DNA from: Phaeosaccion multiseriatum
Lineage: Eukaryota > Protista > Ochrophyta, other classes
Reading direction: 5' to 3'
Assembly (NCBI GenBank): GCA_965112735.1
Contig: OZ218952.1
Span: forward strand, 5,022,001 to 5,086,000
DNA: 64,000 bases
Shown in pieces: positions 38,101 through 57,167 of this stretch (the first letter of the stretch is position 1; every line of letters begins with the position of its first letter). The position numbers were made by a program, and so were the translations under genes. A model generated the notes under the pieces. The model did not search any database. It was given only the letters and a program-made list of their open reading frames with translations, and had not been told where the DNA came from.

Positions 38101-44290
<6,190 letters not shown>

Positions 44291-45513
44291 GCGAAGGGAG
44301 GGGGGCTTCCTCCTTCCTCCTCCTGCCCGCTGCGAGAGTGTGAGAGGCAGATAGATGGCAAGGGTGAGAGAGGCCGAGTTCTCAGGTGATTTCTTAAGTC
44401 AATGAATGCCCATTTCCAAAGAAGGGCGGGGGTTGGCCCTGCCTCGCGTGGCGCTACCTTCCTGCGATTGGGTCCTGAGGTTGCGGTCGCCCAACCTCAC
44501 CCAACCCCCCCCCCCTATCCCCTCGGTGCCCTCTGCCCCGATGGGCCGGGAGAGGGGAGCGACAGAGGCGCATCTGACCATCTGCAACCATCTGACCATC
44601 TGCAACCATCTCCGTCGCGGCTCGGCTCTGAGAGAGGCCAGGCCACGGCCAACGCCAAGCCAATGAGAGGCGATCGGCCAAGCTAGGGCAAGGCAAAGCA
44701 AGGGCAAGCTAGGGCAAGGCCAAGCAAGGGCAAGCTAGAGCGCTCAGGCGAAGCGACACTCCGGCGAGCGACAAGGCTTGAAGGTGCCACACGGATTCGA
44801 CTGCGGCTCGAGGGGATAAGCCGAGGCGCCGCACTGACGCCTCTTTGCTTAGCATTCATCGTATGCTCTCTTCCTCCTTCTCCTCCTCCCCCCCCTGCTC
44901 CTGCTGCTGCTCCTGCTGCTGCCTCTACTGCAGCACTACACGCCAGATTCATATTCACAGACGCACTACAGACCGTAGTCACAGATGGGCATACGTTGGA
45001 CATATCCGAACATCGCACTGCAGATCGGCCGCCTTGAGCGCAGCTTCCAAGTGCGCGTCTGCCGGTCCCATCCACCACCCTTCGGCCGTCGTGCCCTGCC
45101 GTGCCGACCCTCCCATATATGAATGGGCTTCCACACCGGGGTGAGGGCCGATCTTGCTGCGTCGAGTCGTTACGATTAGTGACCTTGCTGCAGCGCTAGC
45201 AGAAGCTCCAGCAGACCAACTGTGGGCGTCTCTTCGGCTCACTTGGTGCCTCCCATGGGCCTGTCAGTTGCACCCAGCACCTCAGTCCATTGGTGTCACA
45301 GGGCATGTGGAGTGGCAGAATAGATAGGACTGCTGCGCACCTCCTGCCGTTGAATTTTTGGAGGGGGGGCAACTGATAAGCGGACAACCATCCAACAAGT
45401 TCAGTTGTTGCTTTCGTGCTTCTCGAGAGCCGAGCCGTCCCGCACCGGCCCGGGCTCGCACTCCTTGCCGTGGCCTGGTAACGTTTCCGAGAAGAAGGGC
45501 CTATAGCCTCTCT

Positions 45514-46239
45514 TCAGTGCCTGGCCCAGGCCAAGTGCACCATTGCTGCGAGCGGCGCCCCCAGGATGACGAGGAGCCCTCCTCCTCCTCCTCCTCCTCC
45601 TCCTCCTCCCCCCGGAGCACCAACCCGTCCCCTGGCGCTGCTGACGGCACTTAGACAGGCATAGTCCCCCGTGCAGCCGTGGAAGTTGCACTCCTTCCAC
45701 AGGTCTGTGTAGAGGTCCGTATCAGCGCAGCCAGCCTCGGTGAGGCAGTACAGGGCGTCTGGGTAGGCAGCAGTGGCAGGGTCCACCGAGTCGCGCTCGC
45801 TCAAGTCGGAGTACTCAGGGCAGCAGGCGCTGTCGGGAAGCAGGGACACAGTGAGCATCTGGCAGCCCTGCGGCACGTTGCGGGACACGTTGTGTCGCAT
45901 GTCACTGAGACACTTCATGGCCTCGACGTACTGGCAGCCTTGGCAGACGTGGTACATGGGCCCGCTGGAGCCACCGCCCACCTCGTAGCAGTTGGCCGCG
46001 TGTGTGTCTGGGAGGGAGAGAGGGATGGAAGCAGAGGGAGAACACAGATTCGTGAGGGCTCAAAGCCCCAGGAGAGTGTAATGAAGTGCCCTGATACACA
46101 CGGGGGTGGCTGGGTTGGGACATACGCTGTTTCTCTATCCTCACCCACCATAGGATGACGCTTGACCAGGCAGAAAGGCAAGAGTGAGAAGGCCTGGCAG
46201 CCCTGCCACCGCCCACATAACTCCACTGAGGCCCCACAT
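45514..46239 (-). CDS. Small secreted Cys-rich protein with hydrophobic C-terminus (possible GPI anchor), 2 exons
   Basis: Exon 1 MWGLSGVMWAVAGLPGLLTLAFLPGQASSY is signal-peptide-like. A phase-1 GT-AG intron leads to exon 46007-45514 with 12 Cys, a Gly spacer and a LLVILGAPLAAMVHLAW tail. Confidence 0.7.
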
Positions 46240-46357
46240 CAGGAGAGAGCATGAATGAGGGTGGTCGCCCGTTGCGGGCGAAGGATGGCAGTGGATGGAT
46301 CGTTCTGATTGCATGCTTTCAACTTGGAGAAAGAGAGAGAGAGAGAGAAGAGAGGTT

Positions 46358-48150
46358 ATGGAACATAGCGCTGCGTATGGAGAGGTCAGAGAGGAGGAGG
46401 AGGAGATGGAGATGGAAAGTCCAGGTGATAGCGGCAACAGCAAGACCTCTGCTGCGCCGACTGCCGGCGAACCACCCCGCCCAACCAAGGGAGTCAAGTA
46501 TCGCTACCTCCCCCCTCGCTCCTCGGGCCTGCGCTGTGGTCGTGCCCCTCGCCTGCAGCTTCGCCTCATACCGTCTGACGGAGCCGACGTGGTGGGGTCC
46601 TTGTCCCCTGGGAGAGTGGTGGACGTGTTCAGGTTCGAGGCCGGGGCAAGCGAGGAGGACGAGGAGGAGGAGGGCGACATGGGAGAGGGGGAGGCGGCGT
46701 GGGCCTGTCTGGGGCCGTGGGGGGGGGGGAGGGGGCGTGCGCTGGGCGGGGAGGTGTGGGCTAGGGTGTCAGACGCCGCTGGGTCCCTCTCCCCCTCTCC
46801 GGGCCGTGCGCACGAGCACCCACACGCACACACCGGTGGAGAGGGCAGTGGCGATTGCTGCTGCTGCGGTGAGGAGGCAGGCCCCGTGTGCCGAGTAGGC
46901 TTTGGCTGCTGCTGCTACTGCTGTGGCCGTAGCAAGAGCACGGGCGACAGTCACCATAGAGGAGGAGGAGGAGGAGGAGGGGGAGGAGGAGGAGGAGGAG
47001 GAGGGGGGAGGCGAAGCCAGCCCCAGCATCAGCACCAACCCCTGCGGCAGCCTCTGCGCGTTCTGCACAAATGCTCCAGCTACCGCAGATACGAAGTCTT
47101 CAAGGGCAAGAACGTGTTCCTGCTCGGCGGGCGGGTGATGCTGGGGTCGGGCTTGCAAGGGCCAATCACCACCATGCTGCTCACCCTCCTGCCCATGTGG
47201 GGGCTGCTGGTGTCAGTGGTGCCGCACTTCTCACCCTCGCCCTCACCACAAGAAGGGGAAGAAGGGGAAGAGGGGGGGGGGGGGGGCGTGGGACCTTGCG
47301 GATGGCAGTGGAGGCGCTCCTGATCGTGCTGACCTCTCTGTCGGTGGGGCTCTTTTGGAGAACGGCAGCCACGGAGCCCGGCATCCTGCCCAGGGTGGGG
47401 CAGGAAGGAGAGCTCAAGCTGCCCAGAGGAGCCGCCGTCGGAGGCCCCGGGGAGTGGAGGTGCGGGAGAGGGCAGAGGAGGGGCTCGGCACAGCTTGGTG
47501 CTGCTTGACGGGCATTGGTGCTGCTTGACAGGCATTGGCGCTGCTTGACAGGGATTGGCGCTGTCTATCTCAGGGGGGGAGAGAGAGTTGGGGTGCGGGG
47601 CTATCGATGGACCCAAGCACGCATGCATGCGTGCACATACTCACCCTCACCGCCCTCTTCCTCCCCTCCCCTCCCCTCCCCTCCCCTTTCCTCCCCTCCC
47701 CTCCCCTCCCCTCCCCTCCCCTCCTCCCTCGCTTGCTCTGTCTGTGTGTTCCCTGTGCCCTGTCCCCTGCGGCAACAAGGTTCTGTGAGACGTGTTCGAT
47801 CCACCGCCCTCCCCGCGCCAAGCACTGCCGCAACTGCGACAACTGCGTGCTGGAGATGGACCACCACTGCGTGTGGCTGGGCCAGTGCATAGGCAAGCGC
47901 AACTACAAGGTACTACCTCAACAAACTCAATCTTCATCCTCATTTGCTCACTCACTCACTGCTCCTTCCAACGTTTTATGCCGACAAGGTATATGCCTCT
48001 ATGCTGACCACCCATATGCCTCTAACGCTCCCCCCATACGCCTCTATGCTGATCCCCCACTTACCTCTGAAAAGTACTTTGTCGGCTTTGTGGTGAGCAC
48101 CATGTTACTGTGCCTGGCGGGCTTCGGGGTGTCCCTGGCGCGGCTACTGC

Positions 48151-48239
<89 letters not shown>

Positions 48240-49506
48240 TGTGTGTGTGTGTGCGCGCGCGCGTGTGTGTGTGTGTGCGTGCGTGCGTGTGTGTGTCAGT
48301 TTCGGTTTCGGTTTCAGGTTACCTGTTAGTTCCATGAGCCCTCTGGTGCCATCTGCGGCTATAAGATAACGTTCTTGTGACGCTGTTGTATCACCAACAG
48401 GTGTCCGAGGCGGCGGTGGAGGGAAGCGTGGTGACCCTCGGAGACGAGGGACCACCCGCACTCATCTTCGTGCTCTGCTTCGTGCTCGCCTTCTCCCTTC
48501 TAGGTGAGCGACTGACTGGGGGGTGACTGCGGGGTGACTGTCTTGCGTACCTTGACTGAGTGCCTTGGGTCAAGGATGGGTCAGAGCCTCAGTGACCTTC
48601 GGTTTGTTTTGAGGGGCGAAGGGCGATGCTGAGGCTCCCTCACCTCCCGATCGCTTTGTGTGCGTGTGTGTGAGCTCTCTGTAAGCTGTGCTGTGCTGTA
48701 CCGTAGCGAGGAGAGACGCACTGAGCGCATGTGAGGTGCATCGTTAATGTGCTGAGGTGCATCGTTAATGTGTTGAGGTGCATCGTAATTGTGTTGAGAT
48801 GCGTCGTTAATGTGTTGAGGTGCATCGTGAATGTGACACTTGTCCGTCCGTCCTTGCCGCAACTCCGAGCGAGATGAGTCTCAGAGAGCGCCTTAGTGCA
48901 TGTGTGTGTCACTGTGGCTGGTGGCCTTGCTCATCGTCCAGAGTCCGCTCTCTCTCCCCTGTTTGCTTGTGCATGTGCATGCCTCCCTTCCCCTCCCCTC
49001 CCCTCCGCGCCCCCTGCCCCTCTCTGCCCACCTGCTCTGCTTCTCTACCTCACTTATCCATCTGCCTGTGTGATGCAGCACTCTCTCTGTTTCACCTCAA
49101 TCTCATATACGAGGGCGAGACTACCAACGAGCGTCTAAGGGGCATAGGGAGGCCCTCTTCCTCCGCGGCAGCAGATGGCGACGACGGTGGCGCTTCCAAT
49201 TCCGATTCCGAGTCCGATTCCGATTCCGCGGCGCAACAGCAGCGGCGGCAGCGGACAGGCTGTTCCAACTTCTTCCGTCTGCTGATGAGCCCCCAAGAGC
49301 CCTCTCTCCTCGCAGACCCGTCGGAGGTGGTGTGGGTGGAGGGGGCCGCGGCGGAGGCGGCAAGTAGAGAGGCGGCGAGGAGAAGGGAGCGGCTGCTGGA
49401 GAGTGGCGGTAGGGAGGGCATTGAGCTCACCTCCTACCCCTATTCGCGTGGTCATGGTCGTGTCGGCGACTTGCCCACTGCCTCGCGCAGGCACTTGATG
49501 GCCTGA
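46358..49506 (+). CDS. DHHC protein S-acyltransferase, ERF2/ZDHHC9-14-18 type
   Basis: '[19 protein letters not shown]', 'TEPGILPR', '[43 protein letters not shown]', 'ETTNE'. One frameshift in a G15 run (47272-47286); start inferred. Confidence 0.9.
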
Positions 49507-49538
49507 GCAGAGCTGAGCAGTAGCACAGCACACCTCCC

Positions 49539-49573
<35 letters not shown>

Positions 49574-50149
49574 GGCGGCGAAGAAGGACACGCGGGTAGG
49601 GAAGGTTAGGGCGGGGCAGCTGGCCCTCCTCAAATGGCGACTCCTTGGGGTCATGTTGGTGCTCTTCTCAAGGCGTAGGGAGACTCGTGTCGGCCCTTGG
49701 GCTGTGCAGAGGGGTTAGCACCTCGCCAAGGAGGAGGCAGAGCGCAGAGCCAACAGCAGCAGCAGCCAGCGGCCAGGGGCAGCGGAAGAGTGTGGAGGGG
49801 GAAGGGAGCCTCCCCACCTGACGCGCTTTGTAGAAGAGTCGGACTGCATGGAGGGGAGCCGCACTGCCTTACCAAATGTCTCACTGCCTTACTCGAGTGA
49901 GTCACTGCCTTCACTGCCTTACTCGAGTGAGTCACTGCCTTACCAAATGTCTCACTGCCTTAATCGAGTGAGTCACTGCCTTCACTGCCTTACTCGAGTG
50001 AGTCTCTGGCACATGGCGACCGCCCAGCAGAGGTCATAGTCATGTGCTGACTGGCGCCCAAGAAAAGAAAAGGTCCTGCAGTCATGGTCCGCCTTGCCTA
50101 AGGAACACGACCAACAAGGCCAACCAACACGGGCTGAGCGGACTTGTGC

Positions 50150-50592
50150 AAGCCCAGCTTGTGGTGGAGTACATCAGGACCCTCGGTGCATCGGAGTACG
50201 CCTTCGTACCACGCCGAGTGAGCTACAACCATGCCCAATACTATTGCCGGGTACAGCGATGGAGGCCGAGGACAGCTCGTGTCCATCAACAGCTGCGATG
50301 AAAACGATCTCGTGATCAAGTTCATCCAAGAGGAAGAGCGCACTGGCCGCCGCCAAAACTTGCCTACACTGGATCGGCCTGGGCGGAATGATGCCAAGAA
50401 TGGCCTAGATGTGTTCGACTGGACAGACGACACCACCACACCACCACAGCACCACAGCGTCGTACAGCGCCTGGGGCCATGGCAAGCCCAATAGCGCTGG
50501 CGGTGATGAGAATCATGGCAAGTACTGGGGGCCTTTACGGAGGATGGAATGACGGTAGGGGCGACGGCCCGTGGGACTTCATTTGCGAGCGC
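50150..50592 (+). pseudogene. Frameshifted, intronless C-type lectin-like domain
   Basis: Across frames: EYAFVPRRVSYNHAQYYC / GQLVSINSCDENDLV / HWIGL (50367-50381) / FDWTD / WGP.KPN / GGWNDGRGDGPWDFICE. The motif order matches a CTLD, and the Cys of WNDxxC reads Gly. Confidence 0.75.
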
Positions 50593-51181
50593 GAGCAGGA
50601 CTGTGTGCGTGAGTGTGAGATTGAGAAGGCGCCGCAGTGCGTGAGCGCGTGTGCCCGCGTGCGTGCGTGCGTGTGGAAGGCGTTGAAGTTGTCCGTGAGT
50701 GAGTGAGCGAGGAGAATTGAATTGGCGGGAGGACAGCGATTCTGTTTAGTGGCAGGCGGCGGTAGACAGACACAGCTGGCAGCGAGCGAGATTCTTACTG
50801 CACAACACACACACAAACTTGCATCGTAGTAAAATTACTTTTAAAAACTCGTTCATCGTTGTCCTCTTCCCGACTCGTAGTGGTGATGCTACTGTTAGTT
50901 ACTCGAGCGGTCTTCTCATCGACGCCCCCGACAAGACTTTTCCCTCCCGAAACACGCACAGAGCTGCTACCCCACTTGGCCCTACACCGCAGCAGGTGCC
51001 TGCCCCGCCCCCCTCGCCATCCCCCTGTGTCTCGGAGCCTGGCCGCCTCCTCGGACTCCGAGCTCTCATAAGCTCTTATGTACACCTCTCTCGAACCACT
51101 TGCTTGCCACATCCCTCCATCCCTCCGTCCCTCCCTCCCTCCATCCATCCCTCCCTCAGCTCGGCTCATGTATCCGAGTGT

Positions 51182-54100
51182 CTAATCAGAGTCTTCGTCC
51201 TCGTCGCTGCTGCTGTCCAACATGTCGAAGGGGTTGTTGCCTCCCTTGTCCCCTTCCCCTTCCTCTGACCCACTCAACGTTTCCTGCAAAGCAGTGCCCG
51301 CAGAACCCACCGCTGTATTACCAACTGCTGCTGCTGCTGCTGCTGCTTCTGCTTCTGCTTCAGTGCCGCCCTCCTCCTCTGTGGGTGTGCCGTCATGGTC
51401 GCCATACGTGCCCCATTCGTCCCCTTCGTCCCCACCTGACTGCGTGGGTGGCCAAAAGGCCTTCGGTGGCCAGAAGACGAGCTTTAGCCTCCAGCCGTTG
51501 AGCGCATCGCGCATTATGAGGTTAGCCGCTCGGAACACGTCCGGCCTGAGAGGGAGGGGTCAGGGAGGAGGGGAGGGGCAGAGATGAGGGAGGAGCAGAG
51601 ATGAGGGGGAGGGGAGGGGAGGGGAGGGGAAAGGGCGGAGAGAGAGGGAGAAGGGGCCGACAAAAGGCACACAGGGAAAGATCGGGGGGGAGAGGGTGAG
51701 TGAATGGGCAGAGAATGAGAGGGTGGCACATACGCAGGCATACGGGTTAGGAGAGGGAGGAGAGGACCGCCCGGTCCTCCACACTACTGAAGCAAGCCGG
51801 GGAAGGGAGGGCAGGGGCAGAGGTACATGGGCAGGGCAGGGGCGGAGGCATATGGGAGGCAGAGCAAGTGTCATCGAAGCCTCACCCTCACCCTCACCCT
51901 CACCCTCACCATCACCCTCAACCTCAACCTCACCTGCCTCCTCGGCCCTTGACCATGAAACTGTCAAGAGCACCAAAAGAGCATCAACAGGGCACCAACA
52001 GAGGGGAGGGGGGCACGTGGGGGGTATGAGGCACCAGAAAAATCAATCCCTGTCAAGCAGTGTCAAGCAGTGTCAAGCAGTGTCAAGCAGTGTCAAGCAG
52101 GGCCCGTTTGGACAAGCAAGTCTATACACCCACACACAGCCAAGGCCTCAAGGCAGCCAGCCGGCCCGACAGAGAGCCTGCCCTACTGTCCAGGACCTTG
52201 ACACCAGGCACTTGCGACACTCCCACACTCGCCCACCCACTCCCTCAGTCAGTCCCTCAGTCAGTCCCTCACTCACCCACTCACTCACCCACTCACCCAC
52301 TCACTCACTCACTCACCCACTCACTCACTTACTCACCCACCCAGTGAGTCTGTCAGTCTCTCACTGAATCCCTCACCCCCACCCTTTCTCCCTCCCTCGC
52401 TCGCGCACTCAACTCACTCACCCTTCCTTGAAGGCGTACGCCATGGCAAGAGCGTACGGTGACCACACGGCGCTGGCAAGGTGGCCCAGCTCGAAGGCAG
52501 GCCCACTCCGCCTCTCCGCACACCGCCTTGCCCCCCCCCCTCTTCTCCCTCCTCTACCTCCTCTACCCCGTCGCCCTCCTCCCATCTCTCCCCTCTCTCC
52601 CCTCTCTCCCCTACCTCCGTCCTCCCCCCCCTCCTCCTCCTCCTCCTCCCCCTCCTCCTCCTCCTCCTCCTGCTCCTGCTCGTGCTGGAGCTCCAACTTG
52701 ACAGCGTCGTTGAGGTCCTCAACTTGCTCTCTTGACTGCAGGGCCTGGGCCAGACCCAGCGCTTGCTCCATAGGGGGTGAACAGTGCTCAGACACCCAAC
52801 GCACGACAGAGAACGGCTCACGAACCTTCAGAGAGAGGGAGAGAGAGAGAGAGGGGAAGCAAAGGCGCAAGAAGGCACAGAGCCAAAGGGGGTCCATTTC
52901 GTTGGGCGAGTGAAGTGGATGAAGCGGGTTAACGCGGGCAAAGTGGGGCGGAGCCTGGGATTGAACATAGAAAGACTGAGGGATAAGGTTGAGGAAAGAC
53001 TAAGGGTTTGAACACAGATCCAGATTCGATCGATTGTCAGCCCTGCTCATGCAGTCAGTCAGTGCGACGGAAGCGACCCACATTGCAATGGGATGGACCT
53101 CACTCGACTCAACACAATGGTCTCACTCGACTCAACACAATGGTCTCACTCGACTCAACACAATGGTCTCACTCGACTCAACACAATGGTCTCACTCGAC
53201 TCAACACAATGGTCTCACTCGACTCCACACAATGGTCTCACTCGACTCAACACAATGGTCTCACTCGACTCAACACAATGGCCTCATTCGACTCAACACA
53301 ATGGTCTCACTCGACTCAACACAATGGTCTCACTCGACTCAACACAATGGTCTCACTCGACTCAACACAATGGTCTCACTCGACTCAACACAATAGTCTC
53401 ACTCGACTCAACACAATGGTCTCACTCGACTCAACACAATGGTCTCACTCGACTCAACACAATGGTCTCACTCGACTCAACACAATGGCCTCACTCGACT
53501 CAACACAATGGTCTCACTCGACTCAACACAATGGCCTCACTCGACTCAACACAATGGTCTCACTCGACTCAACACAATGGTCTCACTCGACTCAACACAA
53601 TGGTCTCACTCGACTCAACACAATGGCCTCACTCGACTCAACACAATGGTCTCACTCGACTCAACACAATGGCCTCACTCGACTCAACACAATGGTCTCA
53701 CTCGACTCAACACAATGGTCTCACTCGACTCAACACAATGGTCTCACTCGACTCACTTGCGCGATAGGGTAGGAGCCGAACACCACTTGCATGGCACGCT
53801 GCACCGCCAGTTGAGGGAACACCAGCCCGGGGCAGTCGCACACGCGCACCTGCAGGGCGGGGCAGGCATATGGGCAAGGGGAGGGGAGGAGTCAAAGGCA
53901 ATGAAGGGTAGGGGAGGGTAGGGGGCGGGATGGGGTGTCAAGGCCTGGGCACGGGCCAGGCGGCAGCATACTCATGGAGCGCTGAGGAGGGCTCTGACCA
54001 GGGGTTAGGGGGGCAAGGGGAGGAGGAAGGCAGCAACGGAATCAGAGACCTTGCCACGCTAGGGAGGGAACATCGAAAGGCAGTCATTGGCATAAACAGA

Positions 54101-56988
54101 CACAACACCATGTCACTCAGCCAGTGTGAGGCACACGTCATGACAGACACAGACTCTTGTCTCGTCACCTTTGGGCAGAGGAAGTGCGTCTGGAAGAACT
54201 TGGTGTGGCCCGGGGTGGCGCTAGTGCTGAGCTTCTTCTGCCCCATCAGCGTGTTCAGGAAGGTGCTCTTGCCCATGTTGGGGTCCCCGATGACCCCCAA
54301 GGTTATGAACTTGTCCTGCAGCTCAGATGCGTCGCCCCCCTCCTCGTCCCGCCCTCTCCCTTCCCCGCCCTCCCCCCCCGGCCCTTGCTCTTCCTCCTCC
54401 CTCTCCTCATCGTCGTCCTCCTCCTCCCCCTCCTCGTCCTCTTCCCCTCCCTCCCCCGCTCCGCCCCATCTTTGCCGACCTTGTGGCCTGTATGTGCGTC
54501 GCACGTGCCCGTGTGCATCCCTCTCCTCCCCGGCCTCGCTCTCTACTTTGTGCCTCCTGTGCTCCTCCTCCTCCCTCTCTCTGTCCCTGAGCTGCTCCAG
54601 CGGCCCCCCCGGGGTGTCCAGGTAGGCTTTGGCGGGAACGGACCTGCCCCTCTTGCGGACGCTGAGTCTTGACACCGCCTCGAGAAGACGTCGGAGGCTC
54701 TTTAAACCTTTGGGGTCTCTGCGGCGCACGCACACACGCACGCATACCCACACGAGGGAGGGAGGGAGGGAGATGAGCGGGCGGGGTGGGGTGAGACACG
54801 CCTATGTGATACAAGTGGAGGCATATGTCATATATATATGGAGGCATATGTCACATATGTGGGGAGGGGGTGAGGGCAGTCACGGGACGGATCTGACAAG
54901 AGGATGCGCAGAGCAGGGGAGGAAACAAAAGAGCGAAGGAGGGAGGGAGGAAGGAGGGAGGAGTCGATAGCCAGGACATACACAAACACACACACAACAA
55001 CAACAAGAAAAGGCACCAGCCCTCCGTCCCTCGCCCTTCACAAGTTGCACATCACACACACACATACACACACACACCTGGCGACTGCCTCCTTGTCTTT
55101 GCTCCTTGTGAATTTCGAGTCCGCGCTAAAGTGCACCACCGGGGTGGAGGGGTACCTGGTGTTAGAGAGGGGGAGGAGGGGGGGAGGGGGGGAGGAGCAG
55201 CAGGAGGAGGGGGAGGATGAGGAGGGGAGGATGAGGAGGAGGAGCAGAGAAGAAGAAGAAGGATGAGAAGGGCCGAAGCGAAGCGAAGTCGCGTTCCTCT
55301 CATCGCTTATCGAGTAGAACGTATCGCAGCGCCTGCCCGCCAGGAAGGACAACACTCCTGCCCGCATGCCGGCCTACCCACCCCTGCCCACTTGTCCTCC
55401 CCTTGCTGCCCCCCCCTGCCTCTGCGCTGCCTCTGCCCTACCTCTCTTTGAAGACATTGGTCCAAGCCTGGGCCTGCCCACTCCCCACGAGGTCTGCTTT
55501 GGTGAGGCACAGCACAGCGGCCTTGCCCAGGTCTTGCGTGACGTGCCTGAGCAGTCAGTCAGTCAGTCAGTCAATCAGTCAGTCATTCAATTTCTCAGTC
55601 AGTCAATCAGTCAGTCAGTCAGTCAGTCATTCAATTTCTCAGTCAGTCAATCAGTCAATCAGTCAGTCATTCAATTTCTCAGTCAGTCAATCAGTCAGTC
55701 AGTCAGTCATTCAATTTCTCAGTCAGTCAATCAGTCAGTCAGTCATTCAATTTCTCAGTCAGTCAATCAGTCAGTCAGTCAGTCATTCAATTTCTCAGTC
55801 AGTCAATCAGTCAGTCAGTCAGTCAGTCAGTCAGTCAGTCAGTCACATAGTCAGTCAGCCAGCTCATCCAATCATCAGTCAGTCAGTCCCCTGGTGTTGC
55901 GTGACGTGCCTAAGCAGTCAGTCAGTCAGTCATCAGTCAGTCAGTCATCAGTCAGTCAGTCAGTCAGTCAGTCAGTCATTCAGTCAGTCAGTCCCTTGGT
56001 GTTGCGTGACGTGCCTGAGCAGGCCCGCGTGGAAGTGCAGCGGCGGACAGCGACAGTCCACGAGCAGGAGCAGCACGTCGGACTTCTCAATCACTCGCCA
56101 CAGCTGCCTCCACACCTCCAGGTTGTGTTCGAAGTGGTTCAGAGCAGAGGGCGGGTGCGCGGCGTAGAGGCGCTGCAGCCACGAGTCGAAGGATCTCTGG
56201 AAAGTTGGTGATACAGTACAGGAGGAGAGGCCAGGCAGCGTGACAAAAGGAGATTGGGTAGGGCTGGAAAGAAAGCGCCAAGGCCCGAAGAAACGCTCCC
56301 GAGCCGCATTCCCGAGCACAGGATGGAGTACACGAGCATGAGGGAAGCATGCGACGTGTGGAGCGGCACATCGCCTCACAAGCGCCATCATGCTTAGCGC
56401 CACCATGCCAAAAGAGAAAGCGACTGCCCCCCCCTGACCCTGCGCTCCAGTCCAGTCGGTTAGTTTAGTTACCTGCTCGAGGGTCTCCAGCTCCAGCGCT
56501 GAATGCGCCCTCGCTCCCCGCCAGTCCGGCCGTAGAGGCATGAACTCACTCACGGTTTGTCCCTCCCCCTCCCCCTCCCCTCCCTCTCCGCCTTGCTCTC
56601 TTCCAAGCTGGCGGAAGAGCGCCTCAGGGCAGAGAGCTCTCCCGTCTACGGTCTCCAGGCGGTGGCGGTGGCTGTGTCTCTGCAGGGGCCGCAGCGCGTC
56701 CGCTCTCCCAGAGAGCACCTCTTCGTCCGTCTCCTTCCTGAATCTGGTCCGCAAGTCCCTCCCTGTCCGTGGGCCTGCTCGTGCCCCTGCGCTCGACTCG
56801 GGTACGCTTCCCGCCACCACTCCACCCCCTCCTTGCCCGAACCCTCGAGGAGCGGACCCATCCCCAGCAGCCCCAGCGGATCTATCCAACCTCTCGGTCG
56901 GGTGTCCCCCGCTCGACGAAGGTGGCCTCCTCTTGCCCCCCCTGCCTCTTCCTCTCCCTCTCCCGCCGCCGCCTTTCGCCTGAGGCAT
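51182..56988 (-). CDS. GNL1: Guanine nucleotide-binding protein-like 1 (circularly permuted YlqF/YawG-family GTPase, GNL1/LSG1 group)
   Basis: 'FEHNLEVWRQLWRVIEKSD', G4 TKAD before G1 GDPNMGKS, G2 TPGHTKFFQT, G3 DCPGLVFP, and 'GRPDVFRAANLIMRDALNG'. Includes one GC-AG intron. Confidence 0.9.
53099..53756. repeat. 23-bp tandem repeat (CACTCGACTCAACACAATGGTCT), about 28 copies, in a GNL1 intron
   Basis: On the sense strand the array starts at the donor GTGAGTCGAGTGAGACC...; few variant units. Confidence 0.95.
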
Positions 56989-57167
56989 CCCTCCTCAGGT
57001 CCACCAAATCTATACGGCTCTTGTCATTCCCCCCGTTGCATTGCTTTCCTCATCTCCTTTGCTTGACACCTTCTTGGTGCTTCACGTGCCTAAAAGTAAA
57101 AAAAAAAATGGCCTCGTGGGCCTGGGCCCTCTGGTGGTCACCTCCCTTTCTTTAAGAGAAAATCGCT

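Noticed and set aside
47272-47286. Programmed frameshift or pseudogenisation of the DHHC gene
   Set aside because: The shift falls in a G15 homopolymer of an otherwise intact gene, so a sequencing indel is more likely.
53099-53756. CRISPR array or repeat protein
   Set aside because: No spacers and no cas genes; it lies in a GNL1 intron (PIAQ|VREP).
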